Positions 1 to 11,400 of a stretch of 64,000 nt of DNA are shown here, piece after piece. The notes beneath the pieces are model-generated. The model was given only the letters and a program-made list of their open reading frames with translations, did no database searches and had not been told where the DNA came from. This DNA comes from Phoronis australis (taxonomy: Eukaryota; Animalia; Phoronida): the NCBI GenBank assembly GCA_002633005.1, contig NMRA01000096.1, positions 761,691 to 825,690 of the forward strand, read 5' to 3'. Both the position numbers and the translations under genes were made by a program. The first letter of the stretch is position 1, and every line of letters begins with the position of its first letter.

Positions 1-505
1 ATACCTAGGACTGGTGAAATACTAACAATCGCTCATAGGCCCCGTAGGCCTAGGTTTGATAAGTATTCTGGAACAGGCACATTGACTGAACTCACCCTGC
101 CCTTCCGGCGGCACTGGGTGTGAGGGCACGTTGATGCAAAAACTGGACTTGTCCAGGAAAGTCAGGCAACAAAATTTATTGAGACTGATGCAATACGAAT
201 CTGAATTGACGGAAGGCAAAGCATCAGGAACATGAAACCAAAGTAAGGCAATAAAAAACTTACAAAGACGGTTTCAGTCCCAAGAAAAAATTGTGGTTCT
301 TCCAAAGTTTCAACATCAGACGGAAGAGGGCACTAGTGCATCGCGCAAGTTATTTTTCACAATATAATTATACAATACATTTTACTAAAATTTATATCAT
401 TTAAAATTTTAATATATTATTTAAATATTTTTTGTGTCTTAAAAAGTGACATAAAAGAAGATAACATGAATATCATTAAAAGTTTAGTTGGTTCGCTATG
501 TAAAA

Positions 506-519
506 ATTGCCAAGGCGAC
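506..519. promoter_or_regulatory. Candidate RFX X-box upstream of ciliary gene BBOF1
   Basis: ATTGCCAAGGCGAC (reverse complement GTCGCCTTGGCAAT) resembles GTNRCCNNRGYAAC and lies about 80 bp before the ATG. Confidence 0.5.
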
Positions 520-600
520 AAGGAGAAACCGGAAAAGCCATTTTTGTTGACTACTTTGCTGCATTTTTTATTATACGTGTCTTCAAAGGCAAAGGTCAAC

Positions 601-653
601 ATGCCTAAGCCTAAAAAGGGAAAGAAAGGCTCCGGGAAGAAAGGGAAGAAGGG
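601..653 (+). CDS. BBOF1: BBOF1 exon 1
   Basis: ATG, MPKPKKGKKGSGKKGKK, donor GG|gtatgc. Confidence 0.85.
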
Positions 654-3600
654 GTATGCATTTGAGAAATCAGATAAAAATTAGTTTTAGCCGATAAGTG
701 GCTACTGCTCGGACAAAATTGCTTGGCCATGCTAGACAGTACCACCGTCTCGACTAACCTTCGGGATAACGAAGCTCCTGTAGGCATTTCATATGCCGAA
801 TGGTTTTTTGTAAACTATGCCTCACACTGCATTAAAAATTAAAGTCACATTATAAGTGCCTTGGCTTTTGTGCACAGAGTTAACCTGTCCGTACTCCTGT
901 TAGGCAGCTTCAGAGGCTGTTGATGTCTTTTAGTTCCTTCCAACAAGAGCAAATATTTCCGTAATCAAACTTTTTTTGAGAAGTCCTTCCTTAGTTGTTC
1001 AAATCGGTAACTGGCCATTTTTAACAGTCAGTGCACCAAGGAAATGACGTCTTATCAATTATGATCTGTTCGAACATTATAGAGCCAACTTCTCGTAACC
1101 AGATATTAGAATAACCATCATGATTGCTTTTTTGTTCACTTGTGAAGATTAAAGCCAAAGGCTTTACTAAGCACGGGATCTTGTTTATTTTGATCTGCAA
1201 GAGTTAGCCTTCCAAGAAATTTTCCAGTGAAATTGAAAATTTTGATGAAAAATATGTAACTTTGTGTTTGAAATTGACCAAGAATATGAATTTCATTGCA
1301 TGATGATATTGGGCTTAATTCATATGTTGTGTTCTGGTGTCTGGAAGTTTGCTCTAATGTCAATTGAGGTGTCTGGTTATCAGGGTTACACAGCACAACA
1401 AGATAACTGATAAGTATGACTAATGAGGAATAACAGATTTGGGTTTCTCAGGTGTCGATCTTTGGAAAAATCTTCTCATGGAAATTTAGTTTGCTTGACA
1501 GGCAAAGCATTTCGTGAGTTATGTCTACCTTTAAATCTGTAGAATTCACTAATGTCAGTTAAGCCAAAGTGTTTATTGATACTCACTAAGTTTACCCTGG
1601 CTTGGTCAAGTTTTCAAAATTGTAAAAAATGTTCTTTTGCAGCTACAATCGCTCTCATTCCACAATTTCTACAGTATCATGTGATACGTTGTCTGAATAT
1701 GGATTTGGTCTCAGCAAGTAGTATGTGAACAATCTGTGTTGTATAGCACACACCGTTTAGATTTAATTGAACGTGATNNNNNNNNNNNNNNNNNNNNNNN
1801 NNNNNNNNNNNNNNNNNNNNNNNNNNNNNNNNNNNNNNNNNNNNNNNNNNNNNNNNNNNNNNNNNNNNNNNNNNNNNNNNNNNNNNNNNNNNNNNNNNNN
1901 NNNNNNNNNNNNNNNNNNNNNNNNNNNNNNNNNNNNNNNNNNNNNNNNNNNNNNNNNNNNNNNNNNNNNNNNNNNNNNNNNNNNNNNNNNNNNNNNNNNN
2001 NNNNNNNNNNNNNNNNNNNNNNNNNNNNNNNNNNNNNNNNNNNNNNNNNNNNNNNNNNNNNNNNNNNNNNNNNNNNNNNNNNNNNNNNNNNNNNNNNNNN
2101 NNNNNNNNNNNNNNNNNNNNNNNNNNNNNNNNNNNNNNNNNNNNNNNNNNNNNNNNNNNNNNNNNNNNNNNNNNNNNNNNNNNNNNNNNNNNNNNNNNNN
2201 NNNNNNNNNNNNNNNNNNNNNNNNNNNNNNNNNNNNNNNNNNNNNNNNNNNNNNNNNNNNNNNNNNNNNNNNNNNNNNNNNNNNNNNNNNNNNNNNNNNN
2301 NNNNNNNNNNNNNNNNNNNNNNNNNNNNNNNNNNNNNNNNNNNNNNNNNNNNNNNNNNNNNNNNNNNNNNNNNNNNNNNNNNNNNNNNNNNNNNNNNNNN
2401 NNNNNNNNNNNNNNNNNNNNNNNNNNNNNNNNNNNNNNNNNNNNNNNNNNNNNNNNNNNNNNNNNNNNNNNNNNNNNNNNNNNNNNNNNNNNNNNNNNNN
2501 NNNNNNNNNNNNNNNNNNNNNNNNNNNNNNNNNNNNNNNNNNNNNNNNNNNNNNNNNNNNNNNNNNNNNNNNNNNNGCAGCTAGTATGATGATGCTTCAC
2601 CCGAGAACCAGAACGTCCGTTTTTTTACTTGACTAACTTTAAACGTCAAATTGGAGAAAATGATTTTCATTTTGTTCTAAAACTTATGCAGTGGATAAAA
2701 TTATAATTATTTAGCTCAAAAGCGTACAACGAGGTTGTTTTGTGTTAGATTTATTAAATGTTGACCTTTCAACTGTTTATAAGTCACATACCGCAGCCGG
2801 GAGCCTGGTGATGAGTAAAACTCAAAAGCGCCGCGTATTACAAAGCGAAGTGTCCTTTGTTGCTCACAAAAGATTTCGGTGGATTAATCGGCACAAGACC
2901 TGCATATGCATACGTATATAGCCCCATTGTATGATCTGTGTAGGCCTAACGGTAATAAATCTTAGCCTGTTAGTTATTGCGGTTTTAGTCCCCGGCGGTC
3001 CTGTTTTGTGGTGGGGCGGTCATGTTTTTGGGTGGGTCAGTCCCATTTTCTGGTGCGGCGGTCCCATTTGATCCCCGGAGGTCCTGTTTAGAGGACCGGC
3101 GGTCATGTTGTTTCTCACCCGTGTTAATGGCAGATTGATATGAAGTCAAAAGTCAAACTTTATAGGCTTTTTCCTGATTGCGTATACTTTCTGAGTTCAA
3201 CTATAGTTTTGTGTCTATGAATACAGACTTTCAGGCAAGAGTTTTACGTTATAATATGTGCTCAGCATCCTATATCTTTGTCTATTTTGAAAATAGGATA
3301 AAAATATTTTAAGCCTGTTTAGATTCTCATTCTTCAGTGTACATGTAGTGCAATCAAACAAAATTCCCAATACTAACATTTTATCTGATCATCAAAACAT
3401 ATGTTTTTCAGTCTACACATACTTATACCCTGTGGATGCATGTGCTTTGTCTAAGGGCAAGATTCAAATGTTTGCAGTGCTGTATAATTGTGTTATGGTG
3501 GACTTTTTTTAGTATTTTCAACATTGTAAAGAAATCTACCTGCCAATGCCAAGTAATACGTTCATGGTACGCACTCATGAAGCCGTCCATTTTGCATGTT

Positions 3601-5454
3601 TTAGCACTTGACGTAGTAGTCATGCACTGATATCTTGTGTGGAATTTTTAGGGAGTCGGTCTTGGATGAATCAAGGTAGCTTTGTCGATTACATGTAAAT
3701 AGTTCATGCTATGTGAGGTTTGAACACTGATTTTGCACTTTTTATTGTTTTTGAGTTTTGTCGCTAATTTGAATTATTAGTTATTTGGCATGCTGCTATT
3801 ACTATGTTTCAAAATAATTGATATTTTGTAGTTTAGTGGTGGAAATAACTATTATTTCTGAAAGAATGTAATTTTTTTTCTGTTCAGTTGTGGGCCTGTT
3901 TGGATGGTCAATTTAGTGTGCATTGAAGTGAAAAAAATTTTGTGTGCTTTCACTGTGGATTTAGTAATTTGTTTTTGTCTGGAAGGGTGGTTTAGCTAGA
4001 GCATGTAATATGTAAAAGAGTCGTTTATTTCTCTGCAGGTGCTATTTAATGAAGACAAGGTTTCTATGTTGATTAAGTGGAAAACAATGTCTAGATGGAA
4101 ATAATCCCCTTTATCCATTTGAGAAGTTCTATTTTTCTATCAAGGACTTGTATTTCTAAACTGATTTATTAATGGCCGATGAGATGCAGTTTTTAGGAAA
4201 GATTTGCGTAAACTATATTCAATCAGTGCACGTAGTTGGTACATGAATTCTAATAAAAGGCACAGTACACTAGAGCATGATACTACTGCGAATATTCTCC
4301 ACTTTACGCAAGGTCGGAGCTTGTGCCAAATTCTAAAAATAAGCAATGTTGGCCGTCCCAAATTCAAGTATTTTAATCAAGAACAAACAATCATTCACCT
4401 TGATGTTATATACTGCGGGAACGATTGAAACTGTTGCGCCACTAGCTACAGTTTTTGAAGAATTTTTTGAATTGTTAAGTCTGTTTTCAGACTATGTTAA
4501 CAGAACGTGTCCAATATTAGAGAAATGTGGTGAACTGCAAAGTTGCGTCAGTGTCCCGATCTTCAGAGTCAAGAAAATTCGTTTTGATTTGAGATGTCCC
4601 AAATTTTAGAGACTATATCAAAATGAAGAATTTTTACTGTTAGTATTCAGTCAAACTACAGTGCACAGGGAGGGAATGGGCTAGCATTTCCTATAATCCT
4701 GCTAACGTGTAAGATTGTTCTAAGCATTTTGTGACTCTTTAAATCTATCCTATTCAAAAGATTTTAATTCAACAGTCAGTAATGCATGATTGGTACGCAT
4801 GTCCTTTGTAAAGAATTAATATGTTGAGATGCTGTAAACATCCCCTTTAAACCTTGTCAGCACCACCAGTTCATTCCCTTTGCAGTTTTAGTGGGCTAGT
4901 CATCAATAGCATGAATATTCACTAGGTCACATAGTGAGGGTAATTACTGTTTCTTATCAGATCATATATAAGTCAAAGACTTCAAAGATACCACACTCTA
5001 TTTTTCCATTTTCTTTTTGGGGCATGAAAACCAATGGAAAACATAAAATCTCATTAGAGGAGTACAACAGACTAGGTGGGTTCTTGAATTTTCAAAATTG
5101 GTCAATTAATTTTGTCAACAAAAGACCTGTTGCAAGCCTATTAATCATTGGCTGGAAAGTAATTTCCAACATGGCTATATCAGATAATTATACGCATCAT
5201 TAACTCACAAATGAAGCTGTGCCTGAAAGAATGTGGATAAACCCCTCTGGTTGTGATAAGGAATCTTGTGTAAAGGGCATATTCACCACATGAAGGTCTG
5301 TTGTTATACAGAAGGGTTGCAATTTCAAACAGGTGGTGTTGACATAAAAATTGCATACACACATTGGGTGTTTATATGCAGTCTGCACTTGACAACTATA
5401 TTTGAGTGAGTGTGTTCAATGAAATGATCAAAAGTTCATGTCTTATTTAGTCTT

Positions 5455-5486
<32 letters not shown>

Positions 5487-8400
5487 GAATTAATTTGTAG
5501 TAAGAAGGGAGGAAAGAAGGCCAAGAAAGCAGAGAGTGTGGCCAAGACTGCCATGGCCAACTCAGTGATGTGGGAGACACGGCTCCACCTGGTGGAAAGT
5601 AGTAGGAATGACTACAGGTAAGCTCAGGCTACTAGTAGAATAATCCTTTCACAAAATGCCTTGCTGACATGCCCATTGTTTTGTGTAAAAGTCATGTGTT
5701 TGTGTCACCTTTTGTAGTTAGCTATTTAAGCTTGCTAAGGAATGAAGCTTCTTAATTGCAGCTATCGAGTTACATATTAATTTCTCTNACCTGCCAATGC
5801 CAAGTAATACGTTCATGGTACGCACTCATGAAGCCGTCCATTTTGCATGTTTTAGCACTTGACGTAGTAGTCATGCACTGATATCTTGTGTGGAATTTTT
5901 AGGGAGTCGGTCTTGGATGAATCAAGGTAGCTTTGTCGATTACATGTAAATAGTTCATGCTATGTGAGGTTTGAACACTGATTTTGCACTTTTTATTGTT
6001 TTTGAGTTTTGTCGCTAATTTGAATTATTAGTTATTTGGCATGCTGCTATTACTATGTTTTAAAATAATTGATATTTTGTAGTTTAGTGGTGGAAATAAC
6101 TATTATTTCTGAAAGAATGTATTTTTTTTTCTGTTCAGTTGTGGGCCTGTTTGGATGGTCAATTTAGTGTGCATTGAAGTGAAAAAATTTTTGTGTGCTT
6201 TCACTGTGGATTTAGTAATTTGTCTTTGTCTGGAAGGGTGGTTTAGCTAGAGCATGTAATATGTAAAAGAGCCATTTATTTCTCTGCAGGTGCTATTTAA
6301 TGAAGACAAGGTTTCTATGTTGATTAAGTGGAAAACAATGTCTAGATGGAAATAATCCCCTTTATCCATTTGAGAAGTTCTATTTTTCTAACAAGGACTT
6401 GTATTTCTAAACTGATTTATTAATGGCCGATGAGATGCAGTTTTTAGGAAAGATTTGCGTAAACTATATTCAATCAGTGCACGTAGTTGGTACATAAATT
6501 CTAATAAAAGGCACAGTACACTAGAGCATGATACTACTGCGAATATTCTCCACTTTACGCAAGGTCGGAGCTTGTACCAAATTTGAAAATAAGCAATGTT
6601 GGCCGTCCCAAATTCAAGTATTTTAATCAAGAACATTAACGATCATTCACCTTGATGTTATATACTGCGGGAACGATTGAAAGTGTTGCGCCACTAGCTA
6701 TAGTTTTTAAAGAATTTTTTGAATTGTTAAGTCTATTTTCAGACTATGTTAACAAAACGTGTCCAATATTAGAGAAATATGGTGAACTCCAAAGTTGCGT
6801 CAGTGTCCCAATCTTCAGAGTCAAGAAAATTTGTTTTGAATTGAGATGTTCTAAATTTTAGAGACTATATCAAAATGAAGAATTTTTACTGTTAGTATTC
6901 AGTCAAACTACAGTGCTCAGGGAGGGAATGGGCTAGCATTTCCTATAATCCTGCTAACGTGTAAGATTGTTCTAAGCAATTTGTGACTCTTTAAATCTAT
7001 CCTATTCAAAGATTTTAATTCAACAGTCAATAATGCATGATTGGTATGTATGTTCTTCTGACCTTTGTACTCTATTTTTCCATTTTCTTTTTGGGACATG
7101 AAAACCAATGGAAAACATAAAATCTCATTAGAGGAGTACAACAGACTAGGTGGGTTCTTGAATTTTCAAAACTGGTCAATTAATTTTGTCAACAAAAGAC
7201 CTGTTGCAAGCCTATTAACCATTGGCTGGAAAGTAATTTCCAACATGGCTTATCAGATAATTATACGCATCATTAACTCACAAATGAAGCTGTGCCTGAA
7301 AGAATGTGGATAAACCCCTCTGGTTGTGATAAGGAATCTTGTATAAAGGGCATGTGCACCACATGAAGGTCTGTTGTTATACAGAAGGGTTGCAAGCTGT
7401 TTCAATTTCAAACTGGTGGTGTTGACATAAAAATTGCATACACACATTCTGTGTTTATAGCAGTCTGCACTTGACAACTATATTTGAGTGAGTGTGTTCA
7501 ATGAAATGATCAAAAGTTCATGTCTTATTTATTCTTATATATATATTTATATATTTATATGCATTAATTTGTAGTAAGAAGGGAGGAAAGAAGGCCAAGA
7601 AAGCAGAGAGTGTGGCCAAGACTGCCATGGCCAACTCAGTGATGTGGGAGACACGGCTCCACCTGGTGGAAAGTAGTAGGAATGACTACAGGTAAGCTCA
7701 GGCTACTAGAATAATCCTTTCACAAAATGCCTTGTTGACATGCCCATTGTTTTGTGTAAAAGTCATGTGTTTGTGTCACCTTTTGTAGTTAGCTATTTAA
7801 GCTTGCTAAGGAATGAAGCTTCTTAATTGCAGCTATCAAGTTACATATTAATTTCTCTTCACTTAAAAAATTGAGTTTTGAATGAGCAGCAATTGAGGAT
7901 GATTCTTGCTGTACTGTCTCTTATTTTTCTGTTTGTGTTTAGATTAACATGTGCCCATGTTGATTTCGAATATAGCAACTGTAATCAATTAAAATATGCT
8001 TGATAATGTTATGATGCTGAAGCATCTGATAGACCTGAATTCCGTCTGTAGAGCTGTTAACATAACTGTGAAGATAGTCCATAAACCAGTAGTCAACATT
8101 TAGAGACTGGTTGTCGATTAATTAAACCTTCGTGAAAGACTCATGCTTTTGCTCCTAAATATAAATAAAGGTAAATTCTGTCCTCTTTTAGGGAAACCAC
8201 CAAAAAGTTGCAGACAGAGAACGACGCTCTTCAGACCCAAATGCATCAGACAGAGAAAGACACGATTGATGTGATTACTTACCTAAGGAAACAGGATCAA
8301 CACAAAGATAATGAGGTAATTGTCTCAACTGGGAAGGGGGCTGGTTATAGACACTGTGTTGTCGGGGAGGGGGATCAAAGAAAAAAGAACCAACACAATT

Positions 8401-11400
8401 ATATTGATGATATGGGTTCACCTGAGTACAGGGTTTTATGTACTGAATTGTGTTGATGGGATTTTGTACTTGTGGAAGTGAGACCAACCCTAAAATGAGG
8501 TAATGAGCTTGCATAGGAGGGTGGTTGGTTGTGTTGGTGAGATTATGTGCCTGGGTAAATGGGCCCAATTCTAGGATAACCAGGTAATGCTCTTACTTGG
8601 GAAGTGGGTGGATTTTAGAGACTGTGTTTTAAGTTATGTGAGGGTCCAACAACTGTAAGTTGGTTGCACATTGACGATTAACTTATTTTTTAATATTTCA
8701 GATTGAAAGATTGCATCAACAGATTAAGGATTTAAAGAAAGAAAACAGAAAGGAAAAAGAACAATTGGTAAGCATTATCAGCAGATATTTTACAGTTATT
8801 TGTTTATTTATTTTTTGCATGTTTTATGGTGAGCATTAATGAATTTGGAAGAAAGTTTTTCTGTTTTTCAAATATTTACTACATTTTCAGGAAGTGTTCA
8901 AACAAATTTTTCTGCAAAGACCTCTTTGAATACACTAATCAATACTACCAACAACCTTATAAGTACTTAGAAGTTGCCGTTGTCAAGAAATTTCACAATA
9001 TAAAAATTCCACTTCGTTGCCGTATTGTGTCCAGAACTGGAGAATTTCTGTGGTATACCTAGGTATGTGTTTCAAATTCCTATTTTTCATAGTATATTGT
9101 TCCAAAATATCAAGTTTTGAATTACGTTGCATTAATTTTGGACTATAGTTTGAAGCTGGAATTAAATTGGTTTTACCCATAACGTATAGTTGCCTAACAG
9201 TTAATGGTCTTTCTCTAGATTGCCGAGTTCAATACCCAACTGCAAGAGCTTGAAGAGCGACTTGGTCAACGTACGAAAGAGGTTGAGCTGATGCAGAGTG
9301 AGCTGAAACTTGTGAAAGAGTTCCGCAAGAAACGCGCGCAAATGCAAAAGGAGCTTGATGAGATCAAGGAGGCCATGTTCCTGACCAATAAAGAGCACAA
9401 GAACACTCTGGCCAGGATGGAGCATAAATTCTTTGAAGAGAAGATGCGTTTGCAACAGGAGGCCAATCAGAAGATCGCTGAACTCGCTGAAAAGGCCCAC
9501 ACTGAGGCTATTGCGTATGTAATGAACCAGGTTTTTGTCTGGGAACTGGAATTTTTAATTTTGTCTTGCCTTCAATCTTTAATGGATTGTTTATTGGTGT
9601 GCATTTTTATGCTAATTTAACCTTTTGTGGTCTTTTCATCAACTCATGAACAAGAATGTCATTTGGGTCATTCTGTGCATATCAGTGCTGCTCAGAGTTG
9701 GACATTTGATGCTAACAAAAATTGAATTTTTGTAGGAATCTTGACGAGACGACCCGTTCCGTTTACAAGGAGAATGTCCGGTTAACTGAGGCTCTTAGTC
9801 TCCACATCCGGGAAGGGGAGGAGCTGCAGAAATTAAAGAGTCGGCTACATTCTGAGAACGAGGACCTAAAGGGGCACAAGGAGCTGAATGACCGAATTGT
9901 ACAGGAAAAAGTTGTGGAGAGCAAACAAAATAAAGAAAAAATACAGCAGGTATAGCAAGTGTAGTGATGGAAATTGTTTGATGTAGTTTGCTTTTCATGG
10001 CTTTTACAAAAAGTTGATTACAAGTTTATTGAAAGATTGGCGTGTTCCTCTTTGGTTACACCCATCCTGCGTCAAAAAAAAACAAGTTTTGACTTAGACC
10101 ATATATTCTACTGTCATGAATTAGGTCTCAAAATGTTATTTATTCATATTAGAAGTAATATCAATGCTTCAAAAGAATTGAAAAGGTTCTGTTTCTTAAA
10201 GAGTCTATTGTCTTTTGGACTTTTTGATATGAATCAGTCAACAGATGGCTTAGTTTGTTTCTCAAGCTAAAGCTAAGCTAAGAGTAGGAAAATCTGCATA
10301 CAACTCGACGCCAAAAGACAGAAATCCGTAGCCTGCTGGAGAGCAGACTAAAAGCCAAAAAATACAACTTTTGGCTATAGACTCTTCATGAAGTAGTCCC
10401 CCGGTCTTTCAAGTTGGTTTGTTAATCTGCCAAGCCAGCACTTAAGAGGAATAACAAACTGTTAGTTGTTTGCGAACCTAGAAATCATTCTCCATCCGAG
10501 CAAAAAGAAGTTGAGACAAAATTTATAATGTTAAGCAATTTAATGAATATTAAATAACTGCTTGTAACCCAACTGAAACTTGGACCCTGTTGCACTAAAA
10601 ATATGACATTATGCGAGTTCTTTAATTAAATATTATGTGTATTGTTGTTGTATTTTATGTGTTCTATTTCCTTTTCAGCTTGAAGGCAAAGTTAAAGTTC
10701 TTGAACAGTCTTTGAGTCATGTGGTGACAGAGTTTGAGCGAGATCGCAAGTCATTGATAGAAAAGTTCAAAATAGAAAATGAATCCTCATTGGTTGAGAT
10801 TGACAAACAGAAGAGGGTGATTGACCTGAAGACAAAAGAAATGAACAAAGTGAAAAAGTTGGCGAAAAACATTCTCGACCAACGAACAGATGTCGAGAGG
10901 TTTTTCTTGGAGTCACTCGAGGAAGTGAAAAAGGAGATTGCACTTAACCAGTGAGATCTAGTTTCTTTAATTTTGGGTTAGATGTGAAAAAATATGAATG
11001 ACATAATGAAACGTGTGTTAAGTTTAGGCGAGTTGTTGTCTAAAACTTGGTTGCTGTATTGGAGAAACCGAGAACCTAAGTGCTATTTTTTTTCTTAATT
11101 CAGCCACATTTATAGTGTAATGTGTTTTGTGATGTGTTTTAAACTATCTGCTACATTACCATCTTCGTATAGTAAGCAAAGCCTCTTGATTTTTAAAATC
11201 CATCAACATTGCATTTATGATGCATAAATAATATCATTAGCTAGATTCGTTTAGTTACGTTTCACACATATTTTTTCAGACTACAATATAAGAAAGATGC
11301 GGAGAGGGCCTACCATCAGCGTATGTTGGCGGCTCATGCTGGCAAGGCTGACTATCCCAAGGTGCGCACCTTTAACAAGGCCGAGTACAGCACCAATAGT

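Larger units (their letters stand above)
3538..7858. repeat. Apparent tandem duplication 3538-5787 / 5789-7858 around a single N (likely two haplotypes)
   Basis: Near-identical blocks abut at N5788; scattered SNPs and a ~0.2-kb indel near 4800-4995. Confidence 0.85.

Noticed and set aside
1677-2636. Long ORFs in the supplied track
   Set aside because: They consist almost entirely of the N gap.
4140-7477. Paired short ORFs repeated twice in the BBOF1 intron
   Set aside because: They are by-products of the haplotype duplication and resemble no recognisable protein.
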